Positions 36,065-43,351 of a stretch of DNA of 64,000 nucleotides are shown piece after piece. Source of the stretch: a virus; IMG/VR virus record IMGVR_UViG_3300029305_006397. The stretch is one strand, 5' to 3'. The stretch's first letter is position 1, and every line of letters starts with the position of its first letter. The position numbers and the translations under genes are program-made. The notes under the pieces were generated by a model. The model was not told where the DNA came from, did not search any database, and saw only the letters and a program-made list of their open reading frames with translations.

Positions 36065-36093
36065 ATAATACAAAAAAATGAGCCTAAAGTCAA
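36065..36093 (-). promoter_or_regulatory. sigma70/sigmaA-like promoter reading toward the tRNA and int
   Basis: The minus strand reads TTGACT - 17 nt - TATTAT. It lies about 140 nt upstream of the tRNA 5' end. Confidence 0.45.
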
Positions 36094-36130
36094 GTGAATT
36101 ATAGACAATTTTATATCGCTTAAGACAAAT

Positions 36131-36172
36131 AAAAAAGCCGCCACTCCAATAAAGGAGCGACGGCTATTTTTT
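36131..36172. terminator. bidirectional terminator ending the minus-strand replication operon
   Basis: An interrupted stem AGCCG.C.CTCC / GGAG.G.CGGCT is flanked by an A-run on one side and a T-run on the other. It lies immediately after the kinase stop codon (36171). Confidence 0.6.
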
Positions 36173-36734
36173 ACGATTTAGGCACAGCACATTTGCAGTC
36201 AGATTTAAAACCACACATGGAACAGTTTACTTCCAGAGCCATTTGCCCAATTGTTTTTTCATATCCAGGATTTTCAATCACATAATCGCATTCATCTGCA
36301 ATTCCAGTGAACTGACCTTCATCGGAAAGACTACGACGATAAGCTTCTTCGATATTATCTCCTCTTTGTAAAATCTTGATCAATCGATCTCTGCGAGGTA
36401 CATCAATATAAAATGCGATGACATTAACTTTGTCATTTTTGCGAAGCTGACGAAGGCCATGAGGATTAGCAACGATAACTTTATCATCAGTACAATCTTC
36501 TACGGCGCAGCCATAATGCCAACCATTATAACAGGTAGATTCGGCAAAGAATCCTTCGTTCAGTCGTTTTTCAAATTCTTCTTCCGTGATAAAGTGATAA
36601 TCTACACCATTCACTTCCCCGCTTCTGGGTTGACGAGTAGTGTATGAAACCACATGGTTGTATCCGTATTCTTCTACGAGAAATTTTTCGATGCTGGACT
36701 TGCCAGATGCGCTTTCTCCTACGAGGACGATCAT
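36171..36734 (-). CDS. gmk: guanylate kinase-like nucleoside monophosphate kinase
   Basis: P-loop GESASGKS. Guanylate-kinase signature SYTTRQPRSGEVNGVDYHFITEEEF. ATG 36734 lies 9 nt after AAAGGAG. Cys-rich C-terminal tail (CSMCGFKSDCKC). Confidence 0.75.
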   Translation of the reverse strand: MIVLVGESASGKSSIEKFLVEEYGYNHVVSYTTRQPRSGEVNGVDYHFITEEEFEKRLNEGFFAESTCYNGWHYGCAVEDCTDDKVIVANPHGLRQLRKNDKVNVIAFYIDVPRRDRLIKILQRGDNIEEAYRRSLSDEGQFTGIADECDYVIENPGYEKTIGQMALEVNCSMCGFKSDCKCAVPKS

Positions 36735-36778
36735 AAAAATCAACTCCTTTAGAGTAGTTTATAGTAACTTTAGAGTAA

Positions 36779-36997
36779 CTAGGAATCTTTATGTTCCAAC
36801 CAGTATAATTTTTGAATAACCTTTTGAACCCATAGAGTATGCTGCAAACAAGGACATATACTGGTTTGATAATAAGGATTGCCTCTTCCACTTAAATACT
36901 CGACACAATTTTTACAAGGTGAATTATCTGTAAGTATTTCGCGTTTCCAATCTTCATTTGGATGAAAAACCGAATCAAAATCTACGAACATAGGCAT
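36779..36997 (-). CDS. hypothetical small Cys-containing protein
   Basis: 72 aa. Its start is coupled to the upstream stop (TAATATG). No motif recognised. Confidence 0.4.
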   Translation of the reverse strand: MPMFVDFDSVFHPNEDWKREILTDNSPCKNCVEYLSGRGNPYYQTSICPCLQHTLWVQKVIQKLYWLEHKDS

Positions 36998-36998
36998 A

Positions 36999-37310
36999 TT
37001 ATATCAGCATAGCCAATTTCTTCGCGAGAATCTGTTTGGCATTCTTTTCGATAATATCAGCGATAACGGATTCGGTTTTGGTATTAACGTACTCTGCGAA
37101 AGTTACACCTTGAATTTTAGAACGGACATCCCATCGAGAACCATTAAGTAGGAAATTAATTCTATCATTGACTGCCTTTTCAATTGCAGAATCAAGCGAT
37201 TTATAAATGACCTTTTCCAGATATTGATCCATTGCAATTGAAACCTTCTGTTCAAGTTCTTCATTTTCAAAACTTACATTCAGGATAATTTTAGGTTCGC
37301 TTTTTTTCAT
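36999..37310 (-). CDS. hypothetical protein
   Basis: 103 aa, helical and charged composition, minus-strand operon context. Confidence 0.5.
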   Translation of the reverse strand: MKKSEPKIILNVSFENEELEQKVSIAMDQYLEKVIYKSLDSAIEKAVNDRINFLLNGSRWDVRSKIQGVTFAEYVNTKTESVIADIIEKNAKQILAKKLAMLI

Positions 37311-37331
37311 ATAAGTACCTCTTTTCGAAAT

Positions 37332-37829
37332 CTAACATTTCACAACAAAAACGTTTCCATGAGAGCTTGACTTAGAATCAGGTAACGTATCGCCAGAAGG
37401 AACATCTGTTTTTTCAGATAATGGCTTTACGCCCAGCTTTTTAGCAACATGGTCAGGGATTGGCTTGTGCCAGCACTTATACGGAGCTTGCATACATCCG
37501 TCGTGCTCAATACTGCATCCCAGTTCCTTGGGCGATACAAATGCGCAGGGTTTCAGCATTCGTCTGCCTTCGCTTTTGAAGTTTTCTTCCCACCATTGAT
37601 ACCAGGTAGGATAAACGGGAGAAGGATGATCTTCTGCCCATTTTTGGATTGCATGTTCTACTTGATGCATGTCTCTATTTATTTCGATATTTAAAAAATT
37701 TTCTATAAACGGACAATTATAAAAGGCACCATCAGAATCTCGAAATTTGTAAATTGGACAATCCTCGCATAGTTTGATGCTTTTGCACATTCTATTAGCG
37801 TTTTGAATTACTTCTATAAATTCAGCCAT
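37332..37829 (-). CDS. 'MAEF' family paralog 1 (unknown function, Cys-rich)
   Basis: N-terminus MAEFIEVIQNANRMC. Motifs W.EDHPSPVYPTW and KPIPDHVAKKLGVKP are shared with the 37841-38248 and 38756-39178 proteins. Confidence 0.6.
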   Translation of the reverse strand: MAEFIEVIQNANRMCKSIKLCEDCPIYKFRDSDGAFYNCPFIENFLNIEINRDMHQVEHAIQKWAEDHPSPVYPTWYQWWEENFKSEGRRMLKPCAFVSPKELGCSIEHDGCMQAPYKCWHKPIPDHVAKKLGVKPLSEKTDVPSGDTLPDSKSSSHGNVFVVKC

Positions 37830-37840
37830 AATTGTTCTCC

Positions 37841-38248
37841 TTAATGTGTAATACGAGGCTCTTTAAGATCGCTGATGTTTATGATATCTGCTTCCCTACG
37901 TTTTTCTTTTGCAGCTTGAACATCGGGCACATCTTTTAATCGAACACCAAAGAAATCTGCAACTTGCTTGGGAATCGGAGTATCTAAAAACTCTTCCAAG
38001 GATACATTCTCCATCTTCGCAAATGCGGTAAATACCTCTTTCCAGGTCGGATACGGAATGTAGGGATTGTGATCGTTATAATAAGCAATTGCATCGAGAA
38101 TCAATTGGGGTTCCTGCAAAAGCAGAGCTGCACAATCATCCATATTGTCTATCTGACGAACCTGATTAATCACACATCCATCCTCGCAGTTCTTGAAGCA
38201 AGAGCACATGTTGTTATATTCTTTGATTGTTTCAACGAAATCAGCCAT
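37841..38248 (-). CDS. 'MAEF' family paralog 2
   Basis: Motifs MADFVETIKEYNNMC, NPYIPYPTWKEVF and TPIPKQVADFFGVRL. Its ATG overlaps the DHFR stop (ATGGCTGA). Confidence 0.6.
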   Translation of the reverse strand: MADFVETIKEYNNMCSCFKNCEDGCVINQVRQIDNMDDCAALLLQEPQLILDAIAYYNDHNPYIPYPTWKEVFTAFAKMENVSLEEFLDTPIPKQVADFFGVRLKDVPDVQAAKEKRREADIINISDLKEPRITH

Positions 38249-38759
38249 TAGAATCACCTTCTATTCTTCCATAAAGTTCAAATTGATATTGGATATCACA
38301 CCATTGCTTGACTTCGCTGCAAGAAATGCGTTCCCATTCAGGCATGGATTCAATATCGGGGAAGTAGGTATCTGCATTGGGATACTTGTGAAGAATGCGG
38401 GTAAGATATACACAATCACAATACGGAAGGAGCTGTTCGTAGATTTGCCCTCCACCAATGATAAAAATATCTTGTTCGCGCTTTATGAGACTTAGATTTA
38501 TTATCGCAGATATCAAGTCAGACTCGAAATAGGAATTATTTTTGTATATGGCTTCATGACTATTCGAAGTAATTACCCAATTGAAGCGATTGGGCAATGG
38601 CTTTACAGGTAACGAATCCCATGTTTTTCTGCCCATTATGATAAGTTTGTCGGTAGTAAGTTTTTTAAAGCATTCCATATCTTCGGGAATGCGCTCAAGC
38701 AATTCACCTTTATAGCCAATGGCATTATTTAAATCGGCACATACAATAGCAGAAATCAT
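38241..38759 (-). CDS. folA: dihydrofolate reductase
   Basis: MISAIVCADLNNAIGYKGELLERIPEDM..F...T....IIMGRKTWDSLP..PLPNR.N.V.T; ..IFIIGGGQIYEQ; ..DTYFP. Confidence 0.85.
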   Translation of the reverse strand: MISAIVCADLNNAIGYKGELLERIPEDMECFKKLTTDKLIIMGRKTWDSLPVKPLPNRFNWVITSNSHEAIYKNNSYFESDLISAIINLSLIKREQDIFIIGGGQIYEQLLPYCDCVYLTRILHKYPNADTYFPDIESMPEWERISCSEVKQWCDIQYQFELYGRIEGDSNG

Positions 38760-39178
38760 TTAACCACTCCAATCAAAGGTATGATTTTTTGTTTTTTGAC
38801 GCCGAGTTTAGCTGCGAGTTCATCCGGAATAGTGCGATTCCAACATTCAGCGCAATGAGAGCGTTCACATTCAATTAAAGCAGGGCGTTGATCTGCGCCA
38901 TAGATAAATTCCACACAGATTTCGTCTTTCTGGCACATAGGAAAAATTGATTCAAAATGTTCCAGGAAAGAGGGGTATTTAGGTTCAGGATTTGCAGCCG
39001 CCCAATCCATAATGTATTTTTCAATTTCTTCTGGAGAAGACGCATACAATGTAGAATTTGCATATACAGGTTGATCGTAACAATTAAACATAAAATCGAT
39101 ATAATCCAAATTTTTATTAGGATCTTTAGCTTCCATAAGACGTTGAGCCTGTCTTATTACCTCTACAAATTCAGCCAT
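38756..39178 (-). CDS. 'MAEF' family paralog 3
   Basis: Motifs MAEFVEVIRQAQRL, NPEPKYPSFLEHF, HCAECWNRTIPDELAAKLGVKK. Its stop overlaps the DHFR start (ATGA). Confidence 0.6.
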   Translation of the reverse strand: MAEFVEVIRQAQRLMEAKDPNKNLDYIDFMFNCYDQPVYANSTLYASSPEEIEKYIMDWAAANPEPKYPSFLEHFESIFPMCQKDEICVEFIYGADQRPALIECERSHCAECWNRTIPDELAAKLGVKKQKIIPLIGVVK

Positions 39179-39189
39179 ATAAAATCACC

Positions 39190-40059
39190 TCAAATTCCAA
39201 GTTCCAGTTCGATTTGGGGAGTTATAGGATAATAATTTTTCATTTCAAAATGCTCTATTCTGAAATCATAGAAATTTGTGACATCGGAAGACAACACAAG
39301 TTTGGGAGGATACATAGCAAAACTTGTTTTAGAAGTCATAGCCCGATCTACTCCCCTGCCATAGATTTCCATAGCTTCGGACTGATGGCGATCATAAATT
39401 TGTTCATTAGCGACAAAGTGGCTGAATACGCCAGGAAGATAGTCAGTATGACGGGCGATCATCATGAGCAAAGCTGCATACTGCACTTCATTGATTCCAC
39501 CAGGGCCGGATGCTGTAAGGAGATCACCGGAGCGCTGGACAAGAACCATATCGAGATATTCTTTATCACCTTTATTTCTGACATTCCAGATGGTGAGGAA
39601 TGCGCAGGGAGCGAGACCGGAAGTTTCATGAAGATCGGATTCCTGCCATAGAGACATAATTTTTCTACGGCCATAGGGATCATTCTCAATATCATGAATC
39701 AAATTATTGACGAGATCATATCTCTTGACGGTTGCGCCATAGCGCTGACCGATAGTACCATCTCCAATATCCCAATCATTCCACCACTTAACACCCATGG
39801 ACTCCATTTCCGAGATAGAATTGGTAGGCCGCTGATAAATAGAGAAGATTTCACGGATACCAGTTTTCCATGCAATCGGACGAAGAGTACAAATAGGAAA
39901 TTCGCCAGCGGATAAATCATAAGTTCTGAAGGTATGGTTGATAGAAATGGTGTGCGCCGGAGTTCCATCTTTATATTTGGGGCGAGGATTTTTATCAAGA
40001 TAACCATTGTTTATGATTTGTGATATTGTTTGCATCATATAATTATCTGCTTTGGTCAT
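39190..40059 (-). CDS. thyA: thymidylate synthase (ThyA family, divergent)
   Basis: Resembles B. subtilis-type ThyA: DGTPAHTIS, IAWKTGIREI, WWNDW, GTIGQRYG, DPYGRRKIMSLWQ, LAPC (catalytic Cys), VQRSGD, GINEVQY, IYDRH, FYDFRIEHFEMKNY. The start is either ATG 40059 or GTG 40071. Confidence 0.8.
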   Translation of the reverse strand: MTKADNYMMQTISQIINNGYLDKNPRPKYKDGTPAHTISINHTFRTYDLSAGEFPICTLRPIAWKTGIREIFSIYQRPTNSISEMESMGVKWWNDWDIGDGTIGQRYGATVKRYDLVNNLIHDIENDPYGRRKIMSLWQESDLHETSGLAPCAFLTIWNVRNKGDKEYLDMVLVQRSGDLLTASGPGGINEVQYAALLMMIARHTDYLPGVFSHFVANEQIYDRHQSEAMEIYGRGVDRAMTSKTSFAMYPPKLVLSSDVTNFYDFRIEHFEMKNYYPITPQIELELGI

Positions 40060-40231
40060 AGGAAAATTCACATCCTTTGCAATCGCATAACGATTTAATT
40101 AGTTTCAAAAGGCTTCTTAATTCATCGTTGCTGAGAAGAAGGAAAGGGCCGGATTTGCAATGTATATTGCTTGTTGCAGTTTTCAAAAGAGCTCTAATAT
40201 CTTCAATTATTTTCTTTTGATAATGTGTCAT
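40043..40231 (-). CDS. hypothetical small protein (paralog of 40260-40487)
   Basis: 62 aa. Shares LL(K/R)(T/E)AT(S/T)N and LS(N/I)DE(L/V)(R/K)SL motifs and an identical 14-nt SD region with the upstream gene. Confidence 0.5.
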   Translation of the reverse strand: MTHYQKKIIEDIRALLKTATSNIHCKSGPFLLLSNDELRSLLKLIKSLCDCKGCEFSYDQSR

Positions 40232-40259
40232 AGTTAACTATTCTCCCAATAACGCCGTT

Positions 40260-40487
40260 TTATTTGCTTTCGAGTATTTGGCTGAAAAGTTCTACAAGAG
40301 ATTTAACTTCATCAATGCTGAGAATAATAAAGTCAATCGGAACTCCATATTGGTTTTGCACTTGCAGTTTCTTTGTGAGGATTATTGGAGCTTCAAGTGG
40401 CTTAGAATCAAACGCGATTTGATTGGTTGTTGCCTCTCTCAATAGAGTATGTAGTTGGCCTAGCAACTCAATTTTGTGCTGATTCAT
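40260..40487 (-). CDS. hypothetical small protein (paralog of 40043-40231)
   Basis: 75 aa. Paralog relationship as described for 40043-40231. Confidence 0.5.
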   Translation of the reverse strand: MNQHKIELLGQLHTLLREATTNQIAFDSKPLEAPIILTKKLQVQNQYGVPIDFIILSIDEVKSLVELFSQILESK

Positions 40488-40489
40488 AT

Positions 40490-40900
40490 TTATTCTCCCA
40501 ATAATGCAGCGATAGAATCAAGTTCAAGCTCAGTGCGTTTATCTTCAGACAAGAGGGAATCAAGCTGCTTTTCAAGCTTGGCAAGATCGGATTTCTCTTT
40601 TCGATACTGCTGTATAGCCAGGAAAGATTTGATATCCTCAATCCAATCAATAAGGCTATAACCAGAGATAATGCATTCCTTGGGATCAATGCCTAAATCC
40701 TGAGCAGCCATTACCAGAGAATTAAGTCTGAGGAGCAGAAGCTGAGATGCCTCTACATAAAGGTTATATGTGACTTTATCAAAAACCAGGAGGCAATTTG
40801 TAATAGGTGTGAATCGATCAGATTTGCCTTTGAGTGCATTTCGTTTGGAATCCACCTTTTGCTTGAGCAGCATAATACGATCATCATTTTTCTGTGCCAT
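40490..40900 (-). CDS. hypothetical coiled-coil protein
   Basis: ATG 40900 follows AAAAGGAGAGG. 136 aa. Overlaps the upstream stop by 17 nt. Confidence 0.5.
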   Translation of the reverse strand: MAQKNDDRIMLLKQKVDSKRNALKGKSDRFTPITNCLLVFDKVTYNLYVEASQLLLLRLNSLVMAAQDLGIDPKECIISGYSLIDWIEDIKSFLAIQQYRKEKSDLAKLEKQLDSLLSEDKRTELELDSIAALLGE

Positions 40901-42095
40901 AGTAACCTCTCCTTTTATACAGTTTGCCATTTGTCAGGAATTGTTCCCCATATACAGGCTGGAATAATTCATATACTTTTCGTAGTTCAAAATCAGAAAA
41001 CGGATCAAAGAAAATCTTATTTACGCCAGAATAATAGTAGTAATGTCTTTCTTTATCATATCTTCCATCGTAGTAATAAGTAGGAGAAATACGACGTTCA
41101 TCAAGATAACCATTATAATTGGAGTAAAAATGAAAATCTCGCAAGATACTTCCATTGACGGTAAATTCCATAAATCCTGCTTTAAATGCTTCAAATGATA
41201 ATGGCAGGATTTGGGAAGCGTCAAAATCAATCGGCGAATAATTATCAGACTGTTCCATTTCGGCATAAAATTCAGGATACTGTTCGTATCTTTCAGAGAT
41301 CATACGGCAGAACTTACGGCTTACAGATTTATAGCAGCACAATCTGTTTTCGCGTTCCCACCAGGATGCATTCGGATCGCCAAGGCGCATGAACCAGAAC
41401 CATTTACCACAATTTTTAGCGCGAATGCGAACATCATCATTTCTGAACACAATATCTTTTTTCCATGTTTCATCAAGAGGGTGAATCCATTCCTGGTTAC
41501 GATATCGCTTTGAATTGGTTTCATACTCAAAGCAATCGTGTTTTCCAAGGAATACAAATTTTTCGCCTTTGACAGTTTCATAAACTGCCCCAGGAATTAA
41601 ATCCTTTGCTGATATAAAATCATTGGAATGAATGATTTCATTTTTCGCCTGAATTTCCCGATAATCAGGTGATTCTATAGGAACAAGGACGAGTTCTTTA
41701 CCATCCCATCCATAGACGAATTGACCTTCAAGCCCCTTACCTTTGATAGAATTACAGTTTTCCAGAATCCAAAGGAGATTCGGAATGGTAATTTCAAATT
41801 CAAAACCGCGAGGATCATAGACACGAACATAAGTTTTGCGAACATTATGGCTCCATGAGGCTTCTACTCCTCCGGCATTTTTATTGATTACAAAACCTTC
41901 AGTGGGTTCATTATCAAAGATTTCATTGGGAATATCCTGGTTGCGCCAATTATCCCATGAGCTTTGCTTGCGGAGCTTCCCCTTTTCATCGAAATAGACG
42001 ATATAGGCAAGCTTGCCAGTATATGTATCATCACGATTCTGAAAGCCGACATTGATCTTTTTTGGTACAAATATATTAGTATTCAATAAGATCAC
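40884..42095 (-). CDS. conserved-looking protein of unknown function (about 400 aa)
   Basis: Long uninterrupted ORF, W/Y/F-rich, no nucleotide-binding or metal motif recognised. The start is ambiguous: GTG 42095 lies within the SD, and TTG 42086 has better spacing. Confidence 0.6.
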   Translation of the reverse strand: MILLNTNIFVPKKINVGFQNRDDTYTGKLAYIVYFDEKGKLRKQSSWDNWRNQDIPNEIFDNEPTEGFVINKNAGGVEASWSHNVRKTYVRVYDPRGFEFEITIPNLLWILENCNSIKGKGLEGQFVYGWDGKELVLVPIESPDYREIQAKNEIIHSNDFISAKDLIPGAVYETVKGEKFVFLGKHDCFEYETNSKRYRNQEWIHPLDETWKKDIVFRNDDVRIRAKNCGKWFWFMRLGDPNASWWERENRLCCYKSVSRKFCRMISERYEQYPEFYAEMEQSDNYSPIDFDASQILPLSFEAFKAGFMEFTVNGSILRDFHFYSNYNGYLDERRISPTYYYDGRYDKERHYYYYSGVNKIFFDPFSDFELRKVYELFQPVYGEQFLTNGKLYKRRGYYGTEK

Positions 42096-42100
42096 CTCGA

Positions 42101-42376
42101 TTAGTATTCATACAGAAGAAGATCAAGCTTGCAACGGAAAATCCGCTTTAAGGCTTCCTGAACTTCGGCACAAACGCCTTTGCAATAGGCAGTGGTGATG
42201 CCATTGGAAATGCATTCGCAAATCAAATCGTGATCTCGGTTATAACCTACTACAACATCGACTTCGTGCTTATTGGCATAATTAATCAAAGGTTTGATCA
42301 TTTCCTGAATTTCATTCCAGTTTGTAACCTTTGTATTGATGCGAATTATTCTTCTTGCGTATTTTTCACCTGTCAT
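42101..42376 (-). CDS. hypothetical protein
   Basis: 91 aa, operon context only. Confidence 0.45.
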   Translation of the reverse strand: MTGEKYARRIIRINTKVTNWNEIQEMIKPLINYANKHEVDVVVGYNRDHDLICECISNGITTAYCKGVCAEVQEALKRIFRCKLDLLLYEY

Positions 42377-42393
42377 GTTGGATACCTCATTTT

Positions 42394-42687
42394 CTAAACG
42401 ATTTTAGTTTCAGGATCGCTAAAAGAAATACCGATGACTTTGGCTCCTTCTTCGAATCGGAATTGTTCTTCAAGTTTTTCATCCCATTTATGGAGAAGTA
42501 CATTTCGATTACGGGCATCGTATACTTCATACGGAGCTACAATTTCAAGATCATCAAAGCCAAGAGATTTTGCCTTTACCTTAAGCTGACGGGCATAATC
42601 AGAAACAATAATTGCGTTATTGGCCCTTGCGCATTCAAAACATTTAAGGGTTCTGCCGGAGCCGCGACCACCAAAAATTAATTCCAT
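42394..42687 (-). CDS. hypothetical protein
   Basis: 97 aa. GGRGSGRT resembles a degenerate P-loop (Arg in place of Lys), which is not enough to call an ATPase. Confidence 0.45.
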   Translation of the reverse strand: MELIFGGRGSGRTLKCFECARANNAIIVSDYARQLKVKAKSLGFDDLEIVAPYEVYDARNRNVLLHKWDEKLEEQFRFEEGAKVIGISFSDPETKIV

Positions 42688-42699
42688 AAAATCACATCC

Positions 42700-42915
42700 T
42701 TAACTGAGCTTCTTTCTTTTAAAATCGCATATGCAATAACGATAGCAGCCATTAAGAGAACAATCTTTGCTTATGGCACAACCAACATCATTGGGAAGTC
42801 GAGATTGCTGAATAAGCTTTGAGTATTCTTTGATGAACACATCATGTTTATTTTTTTGATTTCGTTTATCAATTTCCCGAAATACTTCAAGAGCGTAATT
42901 CCGTATAAATCCCAT
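42700..42915 (-). CDS. hypothetical small protein
   Basis: 71 aa, basic, Cys-containing. Confidence 0.4.
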   Translation of the reverse strand: MGFIRNYALEVFREIDKRNQKNKHDVFIKEYSKLIQQSRLPNDVGCAISKDCSLNGCYRYCICDFKRKKLS

Positions 42916-43346
42916 TAAGACACCTTCTTCTTACGGCCTCGTTTGGGTTTCTCAGATGTAGGTTCGGGGCTATCTTGCGTATTATCTTGCTTATTATCTT
43001 GTTCGTTTACAACGTCTTTTACAGGTTCATTTACATTATCAAATGACAAAGAAGAAACGACACCCATAGCATCTATCAGACTCTTATCTACGGCTTGTAT
43101 AGCTGCTATGGCATCTTCAAGAGAGCCATTCATAGACTTAATAGCCTTTTGACGGAGGCGGCGAGAAAGGGCTTGTAGACAGCCAGAGAATGTTGTGTGA
43201 TACATGGGATTCTTTATATACTCTCTATCTTCATATCCTTCTTCGCCATTATCCAGCTTTATTTTCACTTTCGTTGTATCTAATTCACCACAAGTGAATT
43301 GACGACCATCGGAATCGATGACCCATTTATCGAATACGCGAATCAT
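42915..43346 (-). CDS. hypothetical protein with acidic linker and basic C-terminal tail
   Basis: ATG 43346 follows GGAAAGTGG. The C-terminus reads ..QDNKQDNTQDSPEPTSEKPKRGRKKKVS, possibly nucleic-acid binding. Confidence 0.5.
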   Translation of the reverse strand: MIRVFDKWVIDSDGRQFTCGELDTTKVKIKLDNGEEGYEDREYIKNPMYHTTFSGCLQALSRRLRQKAIKSMNGSLEDAIAAIQAVDKSLIDAMGVVSSLSFDNVNEPVKDVVNEQDNKQDNTQDSPEPTSEKPKRGRKKKVS

Positions 43347-43351
43347 TTTTT

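Noticed and set aside
35917-36144. 75-aa minus-strand ORF spanning the repeat region
   Set aside because: It overlaps the tRNA 5' end. Its apparent internal repeat (TPDFDQV / IPDFNHV) is just the translation of the CCTGATTT DNA repeats. It has no SD.
39190-40071. Group I intron or intein interrupting thyA, nrdD, dnaE or ligA
   Set aside because: All four reading frames are continuous, and the conserved motifs appear in the expected order without inserted blocks.
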